NCBI RefSeq assembly: GCF_001194135.2
Contig: NC_068999.1
Location: forward strand, 44,827,802 to 44,867,587
DNA: 39,786 bases
From: Octopus bimaculoides
Taxonomy: Eukaryota
Reading direction: 5' to 3'
A program made the position numbers and the translations under genes. Numbering within the stretch: position 1 is the stretch's first letter; each line of letters begins with the position of its first letter. Shown in pieces: positions 22,542-33,849 of this stretch. Under the pieces are notes generated by a model. The model made no database searches. It was not told the origin of the DNA and saw only the letters and a program-made list of their open reading frames with translations.

Positions 22542-23239
22542 AAATAAATTGATCCGTCTTTATTATACATACTCGTGTATGCATGTATATGTGTATATAT
22601 ATATGTGTGTATATATAATCATACATATATATTCATATATATATATATATATATATANNNNNNNNNNNNNNNNNNNNNNNNNNNNNNNNNNNNNNNNNNN
22701 NNNNNNNNNNNNNNNNNNNNNNNNNNNNNNNNNNNNNNNNNNNNNNNNNNNNNNNNNNNNNNNNNNNNNNNNNNNNNNNNNNNNNNNNNNNNNNNNNNNN
22801 NNNNNNNNNNNNNNNNNNNNNNNNNNNNNNNNNNNNNNNNNNNNNNNNNNNNNNNNNNNNNNNNNNNNNNNNNNNNNNNNNNNNNNNNNNNNNNNNNNNN
22901 NNNNNNNNNNNNNNNNNNNNNNNNNNNNNNNNNNNNNNNNNNNNNNNNNNNNNNNNNNNNNNNNNNNNNNNNNNNNNNNNNNNNNNNNNNNNNNNNNNNN
23001 NNNNNNNNNNNNNNNNNNNNNNNNNNNNNNNNNNNNNNNNNNNNNNNNNNNNNNNNNNNNNNNNNNNNNNNNNNNNNNNNNNNNNNNNNNNNNNNNNNNN
23101 NNNNNNNNNNNNNNNNNNNNNNNNNNNNNNNNNNNNNNNNNNNNNNNNNNNNNNNNNNNNNNNNNNNNNNNNNNNNNNNNNNNNNNNNNNNNNNNNNNNN
23201 NNNNNNNNNNNNNNNNNNNNNNNNNNNNNNNNNNNNNNN

Positions 23240-23270
<31 letters not shown>

Positions 23271-23666
23271 TATATATCGTATAAATGCTGCGCTAAAACT
23301 AATCTAACCTATAAACCTTAAGCCAATGTGTTTAATCACTAAACAAATATCGCTGCATCGCATTAACGTTAATTGGTGTGTATTTCCTAGTTCATATGAT
23401 AGGGTTCAAATTGTTGGTGTCTGATATATATATAATGATATTCGCTGACATTAACGACTGTTTTTATCTCACTTGAAATGTTAGAAATGAAAAGAAACAC
23501 CAAATGACTCCACTGTTTACCTGACGTTCATAATCAATGGCGCCCATCATCGAAGAATTAGATATATTGACTTATGTCAGGAAATTGAAAAATGTGAGGG
23601 CTTGTTGGTCAGAAATCGATTAATAATAATAATAATAATAACGAAATTTTAGTGTAATCAAATTTT

Positions 23667-24180
23667 AGAGTTCAAATTCCGCCGAGGTCGACTTTGCCTT
23701 TCGGAGTCGATAAATTAAGTACCAGTTATGCACTGGCGTCAATGTAATCGACTTAATCCCTTTGTCTGTCCTTATTTATCCCCTCTATGTTTAGCCCCTT
23801 GTGGGCAATAAAGAAATAAGAAACATTAGCACACCGGGCGAAATGCTTAGCAGTATTTCGTCTGTCTTTACGTTCTGAGTTCAAATTCCGCAGAGGTCGA
23901 TTTGGCCTTTCGGGGTCGATTAAATAAGTACCAGTTACGCACTGAGGTCGATCTAATCGACTTAATCCCTTTGTCTATTCTTGTTTGTCCCCTCTATGCT
24001 TATCCCCTGTGGGCAATAAAGAAATAGATATGGTTTACATCTTTAAATTCCGCCGAGGTCGACTTTCCCTTTCATCCTTTCATGGTCAATATAAGTATCA
24101 GTTGATCAGTGAGGTCGATATAATCGACTTGAACCCTGCCCCCAAAATTGCTGGCCTCGTGATAAAATCTGAAACGAGTA
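23667..24180 (+). mobile_element. Three SINE-A monomers in tandem (23667-23817, 23818-24027, 24047-24178)
   Basis: Repeated aattccgccgaggtcgactttgcc...gtcgat...atcgactt bodies; two carry the gggcaataaagaaata spacer. Confidence 0.9.
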
Positions 24181-24299
24181 TGGTTTACATTTTTAAGACG
24201 ACGAGCTGGTAAAATCGTTCAGGCGATCTTTCGCTTTAGAATCATTTTCAGCACAAACAAAAGCTTCAATTTATTTTCCTCAGCACCAGCAGTTTTTAA

Positions 24300-24605
24300 G
24301 AGGAAGTTCGATTACTCCGAAAAGATTAAAGACAAAAGTCGACCTCGGCGGCATTTGAACTCGGAATGTAAAGAGTTGGAAGAAATGTCTGTTAGGTAGT
24401 GTATCCGGCATGCTAAAGATTCTTATTTCTTTATTGCCCACAAGAGACTAAACATAGAGGGGACAACCAAAGGACAGACAAAGGGATTAAGTCGATTACA
24501 TCGACCCCAGTGCGTAACCGGTACTTAATTTATCGACCCCGAAAGGATGAAAGGCAAGGTCGACCTCGACGGAATTTGAACTCAGAACGTAAAGTTTCTG
24601 CCATA
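24300..24605 (-). mobile_element. SINE-A dimer (partial)
   Basis: Contains the reverse-complement dimer junction gctaaagattcttatttctttattgccc at about 24411-24440. Confidence 0.85.
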
Positions 24606-24639
24606 TTAATCGCAAATAATCGTTTCAAATTTTTGACAC

Positions 24640-25405
24640 AGGGTCAACAGTTTTTTTTTTGGGGGGGGGAACATCGATTACGCCACCCACCCCCATCAGT
24701 GCTCAACTGGCACTTATTTCANNNNNNNNNNNNNNNNNNNNNNNNNNNNNNNNNNNNNNNNNNNNNNNNNNNNNNNNNNNNNNNNNNNNNNNNNNNNNNN
24801 NNNNNNNNNNNNNNNNNNNNNNNNNNNNNNNNNNNNNNNNNNNNNNNNNCGATTACGAAAGGATGAAGGGCAAAGTCGACCCTCGACGGAATTTGAACTC
24901 AGAACGTAAAGACGTAAGCATTTTGTCCGACGCGCTAACGAATATCCCCAGCTCACCTGCCTAGTAACCACAAATATTTTTTTTGTAATTGTGGTACAAG
25001 GCCAGCAATTTTTTTGAAAGGAAGGATTAAGTCGATTACACCTGAATGGATGCAAGGCAAAGTCCACCTCAACGGAATTTAAACTCAGAGCCGGAAGAAA
25101 TTACGCTAAGCCAAGAAATTACGCTGGAAGTGTAGTCACCTCTTTAGCTATTACATAGCATGTACGCTTTGTAATAGCAAGTGGAAGGGTGAAATTTGCT
25201 TCAAATTTTGGCACACGATGTTAGCCAATGCAGGGGAATGTCTTACATTGATCACGGTGCTTAACCGGTGCTAATTTTTATCAAGCCCGAAAGGATGAAA
25301 AGCAAATTCGACCTGCGCAGAATTTGAACACGGAACGTAAACAAGGGTGTAACACCGCTAAGCATTTTGTCCGGAGTGCTTATGGTTTTGCCAACTCACC
25401 GCCTT
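24640..25405 (-). mobile_element. Three further SINE-A copies (24640-24965 spanning a gap, 24990-25112, 25195-25405)
   Basis: Repeated ggcaaagtcgacc...ggaatttgaactcagaacgtaaa motifs and reverse-complement heads. Confidence 0.8.
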
Positions 25406-25724
25406 GCTTCTCCTGCTCTTATATTGGAGAGGCGAATAAAGTGAAAAGCCTTCAATAAAGAAGTAAAAACAATGTAACAGCAGTTTTCCTGGAGTCTACT
25501 ACACAAGCTACGTGAGGGATTACCGTAAGTAATAATGCTAAGTTTCTTTTTTATAATTTAATATACTTATTTTTGTCGTTTCTACCCTGAATTCCATCTT
25601 TCACAGTTTCAACTGAAATGTTTAACCGTCTTATGTTCGAAAACTAAACGCCAGAAATATTCTGTTGTTTTTACACTCGGACCCAACCAGACTATTAGGT
25701 TTGTGTTTAAAGGCGCTCCTACTA

Positions 25725-25838
25725 AGGGTACTACTTAAATACAGAGGTCCCGACGCATGGAAGTAACGAACCTTTTACAGTGTCCTCTCGTTAGGGTTAC
25801 GTCGATGAGTCGGGTCCTTTGCATTTAAGTAGTACCCT
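25725..25838. mobile_element. Small MITE with 30-bp TIRs (possibly PIF/Harbinger-like)
   Basis: agggtactacttaaatacagaggtcccgac (25725-54) and gtcgggtcctttgcatttaagtagtaccct (25809-38) are reverse complements at 27/30. Read from GGG termini, the flanks are taa and tac, compatible with a 3-bp TWA TSD (inference). Confidence 0.75.
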
Positions 25839-26363
25839 ACCATCTTGGATTTTTTTTTTCCAATATATAATTTATTACGGACTTCAATACATGATGTATA
25901 TTTTCGGGGTTTTGTTTTTCAGACATTTTGATTTTTGTAGTTGTTTTGCTTTTATTTTGTGTCAATTTAACGTTAAAATAATCTGAAGCTGAAATAGTGA
26001 ATATTTTTCTCAATAATACCGAAAGTTCTTGCACTTTATAAAGAATTAAAATGGGCTGTTTTAGAGGAAATTCAGGCCGATACTAATGCTTAGAATATGG
26101 CTTTAATCGAGAACCAAAACTAATTGGGAACCTCGAGTCACCTAAAATGTATCAACCTTTTTCCTGCACCATGTGGTTGCTACGTTAGGGCGTACATAAT
26201 AAACAAATAGCATGAACCAGAAAGGTTTCCTTCTTCCCATTGAGAAGAAAATGATTTCACGTTATACATTAATATAATGAATTCAGGAACCAAACGAGAG
26301 AACTTTTGCTAGTTATTCGACATGCAAGAGATAGCTGTCAAATCGCTCTCACATCATTCCCAT

Positions 26364-26482
26364 CGGCACTACTCAAATACGGAGATCCCGATGCACCAAC
26401 GTAACGATGTTTTTACAGTGCACACTCGTTAGGGGGTTAGGTTTACATAGGTGTGTCGGGACCTCTGTTTAATTTGTACCCT
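26364..26482. mobile_element. Second, more diverged copy of the same MITE
   Basis: Left ctactcaaatacggagatcccga, right gtcgggacctctgtttaatttgtaccct; interior gtaacga...ttttacagtg...ctcgttaggg matches 25760-25800. Confidence 0.75.
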
Positions 26483-27207
26483 CTTACCTACTTTGGCGCA
26501 TTTGATAATTTCCTTCAGACTTTCTCGTACATTAGAAACGATAAGGTTGACACAGATAGAATACTTTAATCATAAGTCCACTTGATTAAGACGGACCTTG
26601 GGTTAAACAACAAAAAACAACCACAAAAACGTGTCGAATTCATTATACAGGAATGCCGTGAAAGTTTTCCTCACAATCCCACAAAATGCTTTTAGATTCT
26701 TCAAGTACTTTAGAACCCCTTCCTACAACAAAACATTTCTACTCAGGTATAATAAATAATAAACTGGCCGCTAACATCACCATGTTACAACGCTTAATGG
26801 TTTAAGCTACAACCCTAATGTTTTATTGTGTTACAGTTAATGTTTTTATGGTATACCTCTTAAAACACGAACAAACACACTCATACATACGCACAAACAC
26901 ATAGATTTACTCACACGTACATGCTGACAAACACACGGTGCCTGTAGGAAAAGAAATTTCCGTGTAACATCTATATTAAGTAGGAAACGGCGGCTTTTTA
27001 TCTGATAAGCCCTACGAGCAGAATAAAAAAAGACTGCACCATAAATAATATTACTCTTGACTAGTACGTGTCAGTTTAATGGTTTTCTTCCATCAGAATA
27101 TTATTTGGTAAAATTATATTAAGCTATCATCCGATTCATACCTAAGGCTTACAGTTTAGATATCAAACCCTCCATGTTATCATAGAACATATGGATCAAG
27201 CAATGAG

Positions 27208-27682
27208 TAATAATAATAATAATTCGTTCGTTTTATTGGCCACAAGGGCTAATATCAATTAAAAACATATAAGGACAAAGACAGGACGAAGGTTACAAAA
27301 GGTTTTGTCCGAAAAGGTAGGAAAGTTCGTCTAAACAGAGGAAGAAAAAATAATAATAATATTTACTATAGGCACAAGACCTGAAATTTCGGGGGAGGGG
27401 AATAGTCGATTACATCGACCCCAGTGTCTTACTGCTATTTATTTTGTCGACCTCGGCGGAATAATAATCCTTTCTACTCTAGGCACAAGTTCTGAAATTT
27501 TGAGGGAGGGGCCAGTCAATTTGATTTACCCCAGGACGCAACTAGTACTTAATTTATCGATCTCGAAAAGATGAAAGGCAAAGTTGATCTCGGCGGAATT
27601 TGAACTCAGAATGTAGCAGTAGACGAAATAGCGCTAAGCATTTCTCCCGGCGTGCTAACGTTTCTGCCAGCTCGCCGCATTA
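27208..27682 (-). mobile_element. SINE-A cluster: spacer-type fragment (27208-27292), deleted copy (27350-27460), full monomer (27461-27682)
   Basis: Reverse-complement matches to the SINE-A tail, body and head (...ttctgccagctcgccgc). Confidence 0.8.
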
Positions 27683-28312
27683 CAGTTAGTAAGCATTAAC
27701 TACTGTAGACGCAGTATCAATTCTATATGCGGCGCTTCTGCAGTTCACAGCCCATGGCCTGGAATTAATTAGAGAATAATCGAACATATGCAGCGGGTAC
27801 GTGTATACATATACACGCACATACCTACGCATACATACTCACAATTTAATATATCTATATATTTCTATATACACTTAAAATTGTATACACGTACATGCAT
27901 ATATAGACATTTATAATTACATATATTAATAATTATATATACTTGTATGCATACGTATGTTACTGTACGTACATTCATACATACATATATATATATATAT
28001 ATATTATAATAATCGTATAAGCTGAAATGTATGTGTATACATATGTGTAATGTGTATATATGTATATATGTTTTGTGACCTTATGTTCCTGTATATCTGT
28101 GTCTGTGTATGCATATGCATGAGTTAATGCTTGAATATATTTGTTTACTAAACCTAAAGTATAATTACTCAACAACCCTCTCTATAGTTGATATTACGCT
28201 TCGTTTTATGTAAAGTAAATATTATTCTCGTTTTACCTTTAATCATTTCAAATATCCTCTCGGTGCGATTTATTTGAAGTTTTGTTTACTAGATATTTAA
28301 AGCTGCGTATGT

Positions 28313-28346
<34 letters not shown>

Positions 28347-28350
<4 letters not shown>

Positions 28351-28670
28351 ATCTTTTATCTTTAACTTGTTTCAATCATTTCTCTGCAGCCATACTTCGA
28401 TATCGCCTTGGTGGGGGTTCGGTTGAACAAATCGACACAAGGGCTTATTATTTTTTTTTTAGTCTAGTACTTATTATATCGGTTCCTTATGGTGAACCGC
28501 TAAGTTACGGGGACGTAAGCAGACCAACACCGCTTGTCAAGTGACGGTGGGGGTACAGACACAAATACATACATGAAGACACATGCTCATGGTGCCACAC
28601 AGTGGGACTGAACCCGAAACCATGTGGTGTGCCTGGGAAGCAAGCTTCTTACCACACAGCCAAGCCTGCG

Positions 28671-28671
<1 letters not shown>
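28347..28671 (-). mobile_element. SINE-B with internal deletion
   Basis: Contains gaaccgctaagttacggggacgtaa (3' module) and ggtgccacacagtgggactgaaccc (head) on the reverse strand. Confidence 0.8.
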
Positions 28672-28707
<36 letters not shown>

Positions 28708-28937
28708 CACACACCTTTTATAAAAAGAATTATTTGTAATCCCTTGTCTCTTAATTAAAATTTTCTAGTCTTTAATTAGTGAGCTCGGTTAATTATGTGT
28801 ATATATGTGTGTGTATGTATGACAGTGTCCGAGTGTTTGTGTCTGTTGTATTAATGTTATCCAATCGCTGCACATTGGACAATGGGAAAATTCTAATTAA
28901 AATATATATATAGAGAGAGAGAGAGGGAGATGCGTGT

Positions 28938-28999
<62 letters not shown>

Positions 29000-29349
29000 A
29001 TATATATATATATATATNNNNNNNNNNNNNNNNNNNNNNNNNNNNNNNNNNNNNNNNNNNNNNNNNNNNNNNNNNNNNNNNNNNNNNNNNNNNNNNNNNN
29101 NNNNNNNNNNNNNNNNNNNNNNNNNNNNNNNNNNNNNNNNNNNNNNNNNNNNNNNNNNNNNNNNNNNNNNNNNNNNNNNNNNNNNNNNNNNNNNNNNNNN
29201 NNNNNNNNNNNNNNNNNNNNNNNNNNNNNNNNNNNNNNNNNNNNNNNNNNNNNNNNNNNNNNNNNNNNNNNNNNNNNNNNNNNNNNNNNNNNNNNNNNNN
29301 NNNNNNNNNNNNNNNNNNNNNNNNNNNNNNNNNNNATATATATGTATGT

Positions 29350-29394
29350 CTTATATATAAATACAAGCATAAATGCATTATTACATAGATATAC

Positions 29395-29425
<31 letters not shown>

Positions 29426-29475
29426 TGCCTTATATATAAATACAAGCATAAATGCATTATTACATAGATATACAT
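29350..29475 (+). repeat. Tandem duplication of a 46-bp unit, period 79 bp, within TA-rich DNA
   Basis: cttatatataaatacaagcataaatgcattattacatagatataca at 29350 and 29429. Confidence 0.9.
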
Positions 29476-29907
29476 ACATACGTATATATGCACATACATA
29501 TGCATACATACACAGTCGTACACACTAGTGCACAACTTGAATTATCCATATTCCTAGAAACGGCATATGATTATGTTTTTCACCTTCAGAGAAGATTTCA
29601 GTGATGTGAGATATTTGAGCTTAAAGCGCTCCACCTTTTAACAAGGTTCATAGATTTGCTCGCATTAAACTAACGCTGAATGCAGGGCCCAAAATCAGCA
29701 GAGTCTTCCTGTTTTAAAGATCAAAGCTGCAAAGCAAATTGTAACGCCTTCTAGGCAAAGTTTTAATGTATTGGCAGAAACTACGAAAAGGAATATCGTG
29801 AAAATAAAGGTCTACCAAAATTCGAAAGATCGAGTTTTGAAGTCCGAAAGTAACAATTGGTTCGAACGGTAGTAATAAACATTTAAAAGCGTATCTTTGT
29901 AAAGAGT

Positions 29908-30295
29908 GTGGAGGCGCAATGGCCCAGTGGTTAGGGCAGCGGACTCGCGGTCATAGGATCGCAGTTTCGATTCCCAGACCGGGCGTTGTGAGTGTTTATT
30001 GAGCGAAAACACCTAAAAGCTCCACGAGGCTCCGGCAGGGGATGGTGGCGAACCCTGCTGTACTCTTCCACCACAACTTTCTCTCACTCTTACTTCCTGT
30101 TTCCGTTGTGCCTGTAATTCAAAGGGTCAGCCTCGTCACACTGTGTCACGCTGAATACCCCTGAGAACTACGTTAAGGATACACGTGTCTGTGGAGTGCT
30201 CAGCCACTTGCACGTTAATTGCACGAGCAGGCTTGTTCCGTTGATCGGATCAACTGGAACCCTCGACGTCGTAAGCGACGGAGTGCCAACAACAA
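29908..30295 (+). mobile_element. SINE-C, full length (388 bp), with a perfect 12-bp TSD
   Basis: TSD tttgtaaagagt at 29896-29907 and 30296-30307; A box tggcccagtgg 29920-30; B-box-like gtttcgattcc 29964-74; (CAA)n tail. Confidence 0.95.
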
Positions 30296-31184
30296 TTTGT
30301 AAAGAGTTCTACGTAGACAATGATGATGACAATTTATTGACCTGATATACAAACGTGTTGAATTTAAAATTCGGTAGGAAATCAGAAGCATGGAAAGTAA
30401 AAGATGTTTTAAATGTGTCTATTTTCTGAGAACATAGCGCAAGAATTTTATAAAAGAACTTCACTGTGGTATAAATTAAGATTATGTTGCTCTCGCAAAT
30501 TCTTTGGCTTCCAGTGCGAAATACTGATTAGCGATTCAAAGAAGATCGTTCAACAGTGATATGAATATTTTAATGGTCTGCTAAATTCTTCATTCAACTT
30601 CGGCTAGTCTTTTTAAGAATCCACCACTTTTCAATAAAACTACTTTCTTGATAAAAAACAAAAACTTCATAAGCACGGTAAATAGTTAGGATGAAAGCGA
30701 TGATTTGCGTATGGATTCTTAATGTTTCGGCAGATTTGAACGTGAATGTGCTAATCGCTGTTGTCTTTCATCACAAGGGAACGGCTTTTTCTTCATGACG
30801 AATATGTGTTCATTACCCACTCGATTCATCAAGACAAGGGATTGAGACATCTGTTCTCTTGAAATTCGTTAATTTATTTTCCATTCTCAAGGTTTTTGAG
30901 ACTATTTTTCAATAAGTCGTTCGTATTTCTTCGAGATAATGTAATTCTAGAAAACAGACATTGTTCTTCGGGTCTATCATTGTCTCTTTCATGTTTTACG
31001 ACGAGAACCTGCGATCTGAATGAGATTTGGCTGTTATTTATAGCAGATCGAGCGACTGCCTGAAGAGTCCTGCATTTATGCGTGATTCCTAAGTACCTCA
31101 GTCGCCAGAGAGATATTTAAAAAGATGGGGAGTTAACCAAGTACGGGAGAGGAAGGCAAATAAGACACAACGGAAACGGAACTT

Positions 31185-31325
31185 AATAATGGTTTCAAAT
31201 ATTGGTACAAAGCCAGTAATTATGAGGAAAGAGGTGGGGGAGGTTTAATCAATTACATTGGTCCCCAGTATTTGACTGGTACATTAGCTTATCGACCCCG
31301 AAAGAACGAAAGACAAGCTTGAATT
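31185..31325 (-). mobile_element. SINE-A 3' part, diverged
   Basis: ccccagtatttgactggtac...ttatcgaccccgaaag. Confidence 0.7.
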
Positions 31326-31734
31326 CATTACGTAAGAAGTATGAGAACTAAACAATTTCAATAAAAAGTTTAAGATAATATTCTCATTAATTTCAAGAAA
31401 TATTTTAAATTATTATATATGGAATTCGCTACGGGGATATTTTGAATTCCAAGCACACCACAGAAAATCGAGATTATTTTGCAACGATAATTCTGCTTGG
31501 TATCAATTTTAATAATCAGTCTAAGCTATATTTCATTGCGTTTGTTATATAACGATTACGTAACGTCTGCATAAGAATACATTTCCTAAAGGAAAAAAGA
31601 TTGACACAGTCAAATAGGTTACTATCTCACCACAAAATGCATTTTGTGAGGGAAGTGAAGAAAGTCAAAGGTGATTTGCTGTGATTTGAACCCAGAACAA
31701 AGTGGGACGTATATTTTAATACTATAAAGAATCG

Positions 31735-31903
31735 AGGTAGACTCTGGCAACGCTGCGTGATTAAGAGTTCAGTTCCACTGCGCGGCACTTTGGGCAAGGG
31801 TCTTTTACTATAACTCCCGAGCCGATACATGTCTTGTTGAGTGGATTGTTAGGCAGAAACTGTGTGAGGCCTTGTCTTGTGTATCGGTGTATGCGTGCGT
31901 GTT

Positions 31904-31969
<66 letters not shown>

Positions 31970-31980
31970 TACATACACAC
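31735..31980 (+). mobile_element. SINE-B 5' half, diverged, ending in a TG/TA/CA tract
   Basis: gttcagttccactgcgcggcactttgggcaagggtcttttactata...gagtggattgttaggcagaaactg. Confidence 0.7.
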
Positions 31981-32355
31981 ATCGTTTTTGTATTTGGTTT
32001 GCAAGATTTTTTGTGTGAATTCGTGTGTTGAAGCATATTTTATGTCTGGGAGAGTCATTCTTTTTTAGTGCCTTATAACTTAACAGAATCACCGGTTCCA
32101 TTTCCACTCATTTAATTTTTTCGTTGATTCTGTCCGTTATCAAAGCAGCTCTGATAATGGACAAGGGTCAATATTTTCAATTTTATTCTGTATCCTTCTT
32201 TTATTGATCGAATTAAACTGCTACTTTTAAAGACTACATAAAAAAAAAGTCCGTCCTTCAGTCCTATAGTAGCAAAGCTTGGACAACGACAAATACATCA
32301 ACATAATAGACAAACACTGGACATTATTTGCCCTCACTGTTTGCTCTATGTGTTC

Positions 32356-32389
<34 letters not shown>

Positions 32390-32392
32390 GTA

Positions 32393-32605
32393 AAGGCAGC
32401 GAGCTAGCAGAATCATTAGCACGCCGGGCAAAATTTGAAATCACTATTCTTGGTTCAAATTCCACCGAGGTCGACTTTGCCTTTCATCCGTTCGAGGTCG
32501 ATAAATTAATCATCAATCATGAACTCGGGTTGACTGATGTAATCGACTATCCTCCTCCCCACAAATTCCAGGCCTTGTGCCTAAAGTAAAGATTATTATT
32601 ATTAT
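32393..32605 (+). mobile_element. SINE-A monomer flanked by (ATT)n on both sides
   Basis: aaggcagcgagctagcagaatc...ggttcaaattccaccgaggtcgactttgcctttcatcc...ccttgtgcctaaagtaaagattattatt. Confidence 0.9.
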
Positions 32606-33356
32606 TGCTGTTGTATTTTGGGAGGTTGGCATCGCGAATAAAATCACGCGCACTGTTTGTTTCACTCCAGTTTTATTACGAATCAGTTAAATAATTAATC
32701 AATTGATTAATCGATGAGTCTGTCGAAGTCCTCTCGTCACAGTTTATGACCTTATCGAAGAACTCTTTTCTTTTTTTGTTCAGAACAAATAATGCACGGC
32801 CAATTACAAAAGCGTGGATTTTCTCAGATAATAACTTTTAGCGTTCAGGCTACAAAAGCTTATCATGTTTGAAGAGATTACAGAAGCCATACATTTCCCA
32901 TGTTAATGAGGATCAAGCCAGATATATTACATTTAATGAAGTTGCTGACCTTTCTACGAAGAACGGATTACTAGTGAAAAGCGGATTGGACAACGTTGAG
33001 TGCACAATGTCACTTAAGGCTTGCACCATCCGTCCGCTTATGAAAAAGAAAGCGGATATCAACAGAGGATAGTATCGGAATAAAGAATGAAATTCAAGAT
33101 GTTATCTCGATTACACTTGAAGATCAGAAAAGCAGAATCAAGACAAAACAAGGCGTAAGATGATGCGCATGCGTAACAATTGAAAAAGTGGTATTCAAGA
33201 GTGATGGCAGATTGAAGTGCTAAGACAATATATTGTGAGCAATATTAAAACGCCTACAGTAAAAGATTAATTACTGTGTTATTAACAAACCCCGAAAGGG
33301 GTTAGATTCACAGTTCAAGAATTTTATAATACTTTTGCTATACGTTAATCCGTTTC

Positions 33357-33590
33357 TGTGAAGACGTGTGGCCTATTGCTCAGTGTGTTGCGCTCAAGAA
33401 GGTAAGATCGTGGTTTCGATTCCCGAACCTGGCCGTGCACTATGTTCTATAAAACGCTTCCTTTCACGTTCTTCCAAGCCACACAGCTGTAAATAAGTTC
33501 CAGCTGTAGCCGGGAAGTTAACCTTGCGGTGGACTGGCGTTCTTTTCAGGGTGAATATGTTGTGATCTCAGTCGCTTATACTCCGAAGAG
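33357..33590 (+). mobile_element. CORE-head SINE, diverged
   Basis: tgtgaagacg...gtttcgattcccg...cacgttcttccaagccacacagctgtaaataagt. Confidence 0.65.
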
Positions 33591-33849
33591 GTCTAATACT
33601 AAAACATGTTTTGAATTGTCTCCCTTATTTGCGATTATTATTTACATACTCTATCATTGACTTAAATGTCTTTTCCTCACCGCATAATTTTCAATTTGTT
33701 CTGTGGTGTTCAGTGTATCATATTATGACTAAATTTACTATTTTTCAAATGTGTAATATCTCTGAATAACAACGATTTTTGTTATTTTTTAAAATTCATT
33801 TTTTTAATTCTTCAGGTTTTGTTAATTTCTTGATTAAATATATTTATAG

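Noticed and set aside
29911-29980. Functional tRNA gene (also 6818-6889)
   Set aside because: The anticodon stem does not pair at 29.9 kb and the sequence continues into a SINE body with a TSD; the 6.8-kb copy runs into an (AAT)n tail. Both are treated as SINE heads; tRNAscan-SE would settle it.
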